From contig OZ024740.1 of the NCBI GenBank assembly GCA_964016885.1, positions 161,758,001-161,822,000 on the forward strand: a stretch of DNA of 64,000 nt. Direction: 5' to 3'. This document shows positions 55,404 through 64,000 of this stretch, in pieces (position 1 is the first letter of the stretch; each line of letters opens with the position of its first letter). A program made the translations under genes and the position numbers. The stretch is from Eledone cirrhosa (taxonomy: Eukaryota). The notes under the pieces are model-generated. The model ran no database searches. It saw only the letters and a list, made by a program, of their open reading frames with translations, and was not told where the DNA came from.

Positions 55404-56278
55404 CACCTTTTATTATTAAGGTTTTTGATGTTCTATTGAGAGAATCGATTTTACTGAAAATATCGAATAATGTACACCATTTTACCATGAAAAAAATACT
55501 GGTCCACCCACACACACACACACACATATATTCACACACATACACACGCATACATTAACATACAAAGAGACATATACACACACACACACACACACACACT
55601 TCTCCGTATAAGACAAGAGCTGAAAAATATCTTTTAACATGTTAAAATATCCCCCACTCACTTACAGACACATTCCTACTGACCATCCCTCTACCACGAA
55701 TTACTCTGCTACACACACACACACACACACACTTGTCTTAATAGGCATTTGAACTGTCAGCAGGCTACGGTTCGCATACACATCCCTGCTGACCATTATC
55801 ACAACAACGAACACTTTACTACTACTACTACACACACACACACACATATATTTGTTGTGAAAGAGTCATTTCTTAGTCAGCCGACACAAACCTACATTTG
55901 GCGCAAAATCAATTTTTTACATTCACATGACCTCTACCGACCAATCAAAATTGTTTTGACCACAAGAATTTTTGCAACACGAATTGGCGCAAAACTTATT
56001 TTAATACCGCTGGAGCCACTTTTTTAACATAAAAACAGGTAGAAATTCCCAAAATTAATCAGATCAGAGCAAACATCACGGACGCTCTCTCTCAAAATTA
56101 TTTTTGAAAAGCATTAGAAATGCGCAACCGGTAAAACTTAAAACCAAAACTGAATACTAACCAATACAATTACTAATTCTCACTTATTCCTAATTAAACT
56201 ATTTTTCACTGTGAACAATTTGTCAGCATTTTCTATTCCGTTTACAAATATATAATAACTTGTGTGTTACACCTCTAT

Positions 56279-56344
<66 letters not shown>

Positions 56345-57074
56345 CACACGGTGTACCCATGCTGACAGCAATAACGGAAAATATAAGTACCGTAATTCTG
56401 TTTCCGTACTTAATGATATATTAATAATTAAATAAACCGCAAAATCAAATGCGTCGTTGTGTGTTCGCATCGATTTCCTGTCATGAACAAAGCTTTCTCT
56501 TTTAAGTATAAGCAATTCGCTACACATCACTCTTCTAGAATAGAGACTGTTTTATTTGAAAATCGGCACAGGCTTCAATCTCTTTGAAGATGCTTTACTA
56601 AGCTGTTTCAATCATGACTCTGCTTATTATTTTTTCATATGCTTAGCCAAGCTAGCGGTTTCCATTTTGTAAAAATCGGTTGTGTTCGGACCTGGGGAGA
56701 GATGGGCTCCACAAGGTTTTAAAGGCCCTCCAGCAACAATTACGGTTTAAGAAGAAGAAAACTTGTATCATATCAAATAAATCACGAAACGACACATCAG
56801 TGCAAATTCATACCATTTGCACGTCAAAAATGAAGGTTTCCTTTCTCATACATTTGTATACATTGATAGATGCATTGAGAAACACACGTACCCACACATA
56901 ATTACACTAGCAGAAGGCGGTGTTTGAACAAGTGTGTGTGTGTGTATGTATATATATATATATATATATATAAATGGAAAAAAGGTAAAAAGGAAATTTC
57001 ATTTCTCATACTTATATATATATATATATATATAAATGGAAAAAAGGTAAAAAGGAAATTTCATTTCTCATACT

Positions 57075-57109
<35 letters not shown>

Positions 57110-57295
57110 CATACTAAAACTCTGTGGTTGGTTGCTTGCTTGTCTGTAATGTAATACAGCGAAAAGGGTGCATAAGGGGAAAATACTTTGAAAGGAAGTT
57201 GACCCTAAAATGGGGATGCATATGGAATAAAACAAGTTTCGCGTATATCGGAGCACGGGTTCCCGAGATATGGGGTTTTCTGTGTACCTTAATAA

Positions 57296-57359
<64 letters not shown>

Positions 57360-57929
57360 AGAATGGAAGAGAGCTGGTGGTGTTGTTGTGTATATATGTG
57401 TGTGTGTTTAGGACCAGTGTATATAGATCAGTTTCTCTCTTTCTCTCTTACAGCTCCCCCGTTCTCTCTGTTTCTCTTACCTTCTTTCGCCCCCTCTGTC
57501 AGTTACACTTTCTCTCGACTGACCTCTTCCTCGCACTTCCACTCACTCACTCTCTGTTTCTCCCCTTCTCACTTCCTCCCGTTCGCTAGTAGTGGGGTTC
57601 CTTCTTTCTCACACCTCATTCACGGCGTACGGTCTGCTTCTCTGACCGCTCATGAAATTCACCCAGCTTATGCTGATCGGATAACCATCATGTTGCTTGC
57701 TGTTTTTCCAACCTTCGGCTTGCTTTTCCTTCTTGTTGTTTACTTGTCTCACTCGCTTTACGCGTTTCACTTGTCCCAATAGCTTATTTTAGTTATTGCT
57801 CGCACCAACCTGAGGTATCTGATTTTTAATGCGATGAAATACCAATGATGGTTGGCAAATCACTGATGAGGGACTAATTTTATAATATGTAATCCATGTG
57901 CAGCCACGCAGTATTCTTCTCCCCTTGTT

Positions 57930-57973
<44 letters not shown>

Positions 57974-58024
57974 ATACATACACACACATTTATATATATA
58001 TACATACACACACGTATATATATA

Positions 58025-58458
58025 TAATCTGAGTTTTTCGAATATTAATAATAACATTCGATTCGTTTGCAATTATGCAAACAAGCCTCAATTAAATAGC
58101 CATGTCAGTAGAATGAATACTTCATTCTTGCTCTTATGTTGGCATGTGAACAGAACTGCAGACGCTAATGTTTCTGGGTATCACACTTCATCAGTACAGC
58201 TCACTGTTCATCTGCTAAACTGTCAGAGCTAGTGAAAATATATGCTATTTTCAAAAATACACAGTGACTGATCGGCCTGATTTGCATATTAGCAGACTGG
58301 CTGCTCAGTCAGATCTGCATATTAGCAGTACCACTGATCAGCCAGTCTGCTAATATGCAAATGAAGTGTTCATTCTACTGACATGGCTATAAAATTGAGG
58401 CTTGTTTGCATAATTGCAAACGAATCGAATGTTATTAATATTAGAAAAACTCAGATTA
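58025..58458. repeat. Fold-back element with about 95-bp inverted arms (58025-58118 and 58360-58458)
   Basis: AATCTGAGTTTTTC...GCCATGTCAGTAGAATGAA pairs with TTCATTCTACTGACATGGC...GAAAAACTCAGATT. Confidence 0.85.
58153..58202 (-). ncRNA. Type I hammerhead ribozyme candidate
   Basis: GAGCTGTA-CTGATGA-AGTGTGATACCCA-GAAA-CATTAGCG-TC-TGCAGTTC: 8-bp stem I, GUC triplet, weak stem II. Confidence 0.7.
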
Positions 58459-58720
58459 CATTTATTGTATTCAGCCATGCAGAGCGAAATTTTCTTTTTT
58501 ATTTGAATTTGGCAAAGCCGGCCATTTATCGCTCATATACAAGAAACTGACTGGCCAGCCTGCTGACATGCAAATCTATGCATAGGCTGTATCTTCGGGG
58601 ACAAGAAAAGTGGGGTAAGCCGGACTAGTATAAACCTGTGTTGTATTTCAAGCGTGATTGAGTACCCATTTTGACTGTCCATGGAAAGAAATACTGCTTA
58701 AATAAATCAGATAGACTGGT

Positions 58721-58850
<130 letters not shown>

Positions 58851-59679
58851 GGCAGCTAGTATGATTAATAAATAACTGGTATGTTAACAGTGTTTTATTT
58901 TAATGTTGTAGGGCAATATAGTATTTGACTATAAATTTTTTGGCGACAACTTTTCACCACATTAATTTTAACGTTTTTTAAAATACTTAACGTACATAGC
59001 AAAATACTCGATAAACGAGGGTTAACTGTTTTCATAATACATCATTCTTCATTTAGCGGATGTAATTTTATTTATTTTTCTTTGCTTATTTTTTACCATT
59101 TTTAGCTCTATTGGCGTTTGTGACAGCGAAATGTAATATTTATTTAAAATTCAACATCTGGAGTATGTACTGTATAACATTTCAAGTTCAATTGTAATAT
59201 GGTAGTAGAGTAATTGAATATATTTACTATATATATTTAGTTCTTCATCCATCCAGTGCAAAACAAATGTAAGGAAAGCAACAGAAGCATTATTTCTACG
59301 TATTATATTTATGTATGTGACCGAGCTAGTTAAGCAGTTATCTAACATCATTTCAGTACAGAAAGTAGTCAGTTTAAAAAGCAAAACGAATCCAGTGCCG
59401 TTTGTTCGTGTTGTGATGGTAGACTGCCAAAGAAACCGTGTTCTTTCTTGAAAGTTGAGCTCTTCTAGATTTACGAAACCAGTTGCTGAGAATGAATCGC
59501 GGTTGCTGTCAACACCATATACCATCTCTATTATTTTCTCTCTGACTTACTTCTCTTCTACCGTCATCCCAGACCCACCACCACCACCATCACCATTTTA
59601 TCTATATCTTTTATTTTAAGATTTACATATTCTCTCTCTCTCTCACCCGCCCCATATATATATATATATATTCACACAC

Positions 59680-59769
<90 letters not shown>

Positions 59770-59837
59770 TATATTATATATACACACGTACATAGACACA
59801 CACACACACACTCACATATATATATTATATATATATA

Positions 59838-61222
59838 TATTTGTCACCAAAACTATGACGTCGGCAAATTCAGCATCCGATACCTTTTTCGCCTTAACTC
59901 TCCTGCTCTGAGCCGGTGCCACAGTAAAGCCAGAGTCCTGGTGTTTCTCCAGTGCAAGGCGCATACAATAGTCCACTACGATGATAAAAAGGTAGGGAGC
60001 CAATGTATCTCCCTGGAGCACTCCAGCCAGTATCTCAAAGAACTCTGTCATCCAATCAGGTGTAATGACTTGGACTTTGGTGTTGGTGTAGAGCAGTGAT
60101 ATCAGGTCCACTATCTTCTTGGGGATTCCATAAGCCTGTAAGATCAGGCAGTAACGGTCCACAGAATCAAAGGCCTTCCTAAAGTCAATGAAAACCATGA
60201 CCGAAGGAAGGCACTTTGCCCTAGCTCCCTCTAATATCTTCCTCAGCATCAGGATGTGACTGGTGGTTGATCTACCCTCTCTGAAGCCGTTCTGGTTGTC
60301 CCTGAGCTTCTTCTCCATCTCAGGCTGGATCCTGTTAAGAATCATCCTGTTGAGGGTCTTTGCCACAAGTGACGTCAGTGAGATCCCCCTGTAGTTGTTG
60401 GTGTTAGAGAGATCTCCCTTCTTTGGCACTGGGACGATGTTACTGTTCCTCCACTGATCCTCCACGACATAGTTTTGGTGACAAATACAGTGAAGGAGGC
60501 AGAAGATTTGATGCGGAAGGTTGAGACTGTGTCGATGAGTGTGGGGCTGAGAATGAATGAGACTAAAACAAAATATCTGGTAGAGAATGTTGAGAAGCCA
60601 GAGGGGATCACTAATGTAGGCGGGAAGCCGCTAGAATTGGTTGAGGGCTTCCTGTATTTGGGAGCAAAGATTGGGAATACGGAAGATGATGTGGTTGAGA
60701 GGAAGAGCAAGGCCTGGGCGGCGTGCCACAGCTTGAGATCGGTGTGGAAGTCGGACCTTCGTAGAAACCTGAAAATCCGCCTCTTCATTGCTGTAGTGGA
60801 GTCTGTGCTGCTGTATGGGTCTGAGGCTTGGACACTGACCAAGAAACTCACTCAGATGGTGGATGGGTGCTACACGAGAATGCTGAGGATGGCTCTGAAC
60901 ATTAATCAGTATACACTGAGGATGAAAAACTCAGAGCTGTATGGGAGCATCCCAAAAGTCAGCTCAAAAGTGACACAGAGGAGACTGAGGTTAGCTGGAC
61001 ATGCTCACCGACATCCAGAGTTGACATTTCACTCAGTGCTCCTTTGGGAGCCTCTACATGGACACACTAGAAGAGGAAGACCAAGGTTAACGTATGTTGA
61101 TGCCCTAAGGACAGACACTGGTCTATTGGAGACGCAGGACATGGCAGCGATAATGAGGGACAGAGACCGCTCGAGAGAACTCGTCCATGGATTTCGGGAA
61201 TTTTACCCGCCTTAGAATAGAA
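59838..61222 (+). mobile_element. RTE-like non-LTR retrotransposon with an inverted 5' segment (59838-60464 minus; 60465-61222 plus)
   Basis: Minus ORF: [60 protein letters not shown]; plus ORF resumes at DIVLVTN...FLYLG...LLYGSEAWTL...RLRLAGH. Confidence 0.92.
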
Positions 61223-61645
61223 AATATATATATATATAATATATATGATGGCTGCCCCCTCGTTAACGAGTATGGCCATTGCACGATATACCATTATTAA
61301 TAATTATTAATTAATTCTATCGTGCAGTGCCTGTGCGGGAAGAATATTTTTTAAAGTGAGGAAAGACTGTGCACTGAACCAATCCCACTCTCTGAGCAAC
61401 AGAAGCTATAACCCGAAAAGAAGAAAATATCAACATCATCAGTAACTACTGAACCGCAGGTTTTATATCGGAGTTATCCCAGTTTCCTGAGTTGCCTTCT
61501 CCTAGAAGAATGCCCTGACAAAGGCTAGGGGTCCTTCACTCCCAGTGGTTTAACCGCGCGATCGCGTGTCCAGCCCGACTATTTCTATGTCCCCGCGCAT
61601 ATACATACACATGCACCCATGTATATACACATATACATATATATA

Positions 61646-62038
61646 CGAGGGTAATCCCAAAAGTAAGGTCTCCAAAGCGATGGGGACGCAGAGAAACTGT
61701 TCGTACGGCTGTTGGCAACACTGTTGTGATTGGTGCTTTCTTCACTCCCAAGAAAGCATGCGCGCGCTTCGCTGGGATGCTCAATCTTGGCTTGGTAGCC
61801 GTTGAGAATGGAGCTCCCGTTGAACGCTACCGCCAAGTGCGAATTTCGCGCAGTTATTATATAGAGAGCAATCCCAAAAGTAAGGTCTCCTTCCGAGGAA
61901 AACATGTGTAAAGATCGGCGGATCACTCTTGATGCTCTCTGGATTTTGGTTCCTGAGGTTTCCCGAAGCACCATCCACAGGATTTTAACGGAAAAGTTGC
62001 AATATCGGAAGGAGACCTTACTTTTGGGATTGCCCTCG
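61646..62038 (+). mobile_element. Mariner deletion derivative with 28-bp TIRs and TA duplication
   Basis: TA|CGAGGGTAATCCCAAAAGTAAGGTCTCC...GGAGACCTTACTTTTGGGATTGCCCTCG|TA; transposase remnant DRRITLDAL...VSRSTIHRILTEKLQYRK; absent from the paralogous site near 11980. Confidence 0.88.
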
Positions 62039-62147
62039 TACATATGTACATGTGTATATACATATTTACACACTTTTGGATGGCCGTTGACTCTTATGAG
62101 TTCTTCCGCCCTTTGTATAATAATATAATATATACACACGTACATAG

Positions 62148-62190
<43 letters not shown>

Positions 62191-62194
<4 letters not shown>

Positions 62195-62906
62195 AGTTAA
62201 TATAAATTAATATATTTGATAAACACAAATACCAACATATCCATGTTTGTATTGTAAAGGACTAAGTTAGCTAGATTGAAAAATATTAATTATAATAATA
62301 CAGTTTGCCTGTCTCGATTTAAAATAATAAATCAGTAAAAACAAAGTATATTGGCAAATTGGTGCTTGGACAAATTTAAATTTCAAAATCAAACCTATTC
62401 CGTAGACAGGTTTAAACCTTAAAATCCAAATAAGTTTCGAAAAATGAAAGTGAAAGAATACCGCATTTCCATCTCCTCAGCAAGCACCAGAAAAATTGGT
62501 ATGTTTCACTTCAAAATATTTAAAAAGACTGTTTAACGCACATGCTATTTCACACATGGCCATCCAGTGTCTAGCTACCTCATACTCGTGCTGCTAGAAA
62601 TAACAGCCGTTTATATGGGGTTAAGTTTAGCTCTACGTAAGGAGCAGTGATACTATTAATAATGAGTTCACTTTCATTAAACCAGTCTACGGAACAGGTT
62701 TGATTTTGAAATTTAAATTTGTCCAAGCACCACGGCCATTTGCCAATATACTTTGTTTTTATTGATTTATTATTTTAAATCGAGACAGGCAAACTGTATT
62801 ATTATAATTAGTATTTTTCAATCTAGCTAACTTAGTCCTTTACAATACAAACATGGATATGTTGGTATTTGTGTTTATCAAATATATTAATTTATATTAA
62901 CTTGTA
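62191..62906. repeat. About 225-bp inverted repeat (62191-62416 and 62678-62906) starting at (TA)n
   Basis: Direct complementarity with a few SNPs and a 4-bp indel. Confidence 0.88.
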
Positions 62907-62985
62907 TTACACGGCTCAGAAATACTTCTTTCTTTGAGCTATTTCATTGTAAAGGACTACCTGAGATTTGAACTCATTATTAATA

Positions 62986-63063
<78 letters not shown>

Positions 63064-63148
63064 AATAATAATAAAATTGAAGACTAAAATCCAAAGAGGG
63101 CTCGATAAGGAAAATATATATCAAATATATAAGAACCGTAGAGCAAAT

Positions 63149-63699
63149 ATTTATTAAAATAACAGATTAAAGTTTAAGCAAAGAATCGCTGCTTTCACCC
63201 TTAACGGGATCTTCTGAAACTAACAAAGTCAATCTGTAAACGCAACCATAAACGTGGTTTTGTCTTTGCGCGTAATTGTTTTTCACCGCTCCTATTAATT
63301 GTTTCTACTTTTGGCACAAGGCCAGCAATTACCCAGTGTATTACTGGTACTTTATTTTATCGACCCCATAAGGATGAAAGGCAAAGTTAACCTCGGCGGG
63401 ATTTGAACTCAGAATGGCAAGGGCCGTAACTCTATGCGTCAAAGCATGGCGTCCGACCCTCTACCGATACTGCCAATCCACTGGCTCCTATTAATGACGT
63501 ATTATTCGTTTTTTCCCGTTCTTTGCCAGCGAACGTTTCCACGAACCAAAGTATCGTCTTCCTGTCTTCCTCCGGTTGCAACGTTTTTTGAAATATCCAG
63601 TTCTGCGTTTACAGATTGACTTTGTTAGTTTCAGAAGATCCCGTTAAGGGTGAAAGCAGCGATTCTTTGCTTAAACTTTAATCTGTTATTTTAATAAAT
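63149..63699. repeat. About 95-bp inverted repeat (63149-63244 and 63604-63699) with a decayed hammerhead-like motif
   Basis: Arms complementary; CAGAAGA-T-CCC gttaa GGG-T-GAAA. Confidence 0.8.
63300..63483 (-). mobile_element. SINE family A, full length
   Basis: A and B boxes; TSD GCTCCTATTAAT (63288-63299 and 63484-63495). Confidence 0.92.
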
Positions 63700-63770
63700 T
63701 AATATATATATTATATATATATTTAGTGACGAAACATAAGTCAATTGCATGAACTCATAATCCTTTATTT

Positions 63771-63826
63771 ACTGCTATATATATTTCGATGATAACCATT
63801 GAATGGCTATGACCTTATCAGGCAGT
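63771..63826 (-). ncRNA. Hammerhead homolog with a core substitution (CUGAUAA), probably inactive
   Basis: ACTGC-CTGATAA-(ATAGCCATT/AATGGTTAT hairpin)-GAAA-TATATA-TA-GCAGT. Confidence 0.6.
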
Positions 63827-64000
63827 TAGTCAGTTCTTAGATATGCCAGCTCTGTGTTTATAGTGTTGATGGTTTCAGAGCCTTGGGACATATGTATTAT
63901 ATATATATTTATATATACACACACCACACACATGTGTGTATATAAACGCATAAACACAGACACACATACATATATATGCGTGTAATCACAAACGTCCGCG

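Larger units (their letters stand above)
50979..56284 (-). mobile_element. Penelope-like retroelement, 5'-truncated at RT motif A, with about 0.9-kb inverted arms (50979-51916 and 55401-56250) and a nested insertion
   Basis: RT-GIY-YIG frame, arms complementary, decayed hammerhead TTT-TTGAAAA-GCAT tagaa ATGC-GCAA-CCGG-TA-AAA at 56101-56136, (TA)n flanks. Confidence 0.9.

Noticed and set aside
55404-55551. N-terminal extension of the Penelope RT ORF
   Set aside because: It is the antisense of the inverted 3' arm fused at the truncation point, not coding
59151-59525. 124-aa non-repetitive ORF
   Set aside because: No recognisable motif or splice support; likely chance

Overview
AT-rich, microsatellite-saturated eukaryotic (metazoan) DNA, almost certainly intronic or intergenic. 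The SINE and (TA)n/(CA)n make-up looks like an octopus/cephalopod genome, which is my inference. No intact host gene, RNA gene or CRISPR array is visible; at most there are three short candidate minus-strand exons. The window is a nested pile of mobile elements: three Penelope-like retroelements (RT plus GIY-YIG remnants, two with kb-scale inverted terminal arms), two RTE-type LINE families (one with twin-priming 5' inversions in both copies), about 13 tRNA-derived SINE copies, many with TSDs, Helitron-like elements and Tc1/mariner derivatives. The most notable signal, invisible in the ORF track, is a set of sequence-distinct minimal type I hammerhead ribozyme motifs (CUGANGA...GAAA-short stem III-NUH with pairing stems I and II). 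They lie in Penelope terminal repeats and in non-coding 310-480 bp tandem or fold-back units resembling retrozymes, nearly all bounded by (TA)n tracts. All structures were folded and aligned by eye; coordinates may be off by a few bases.
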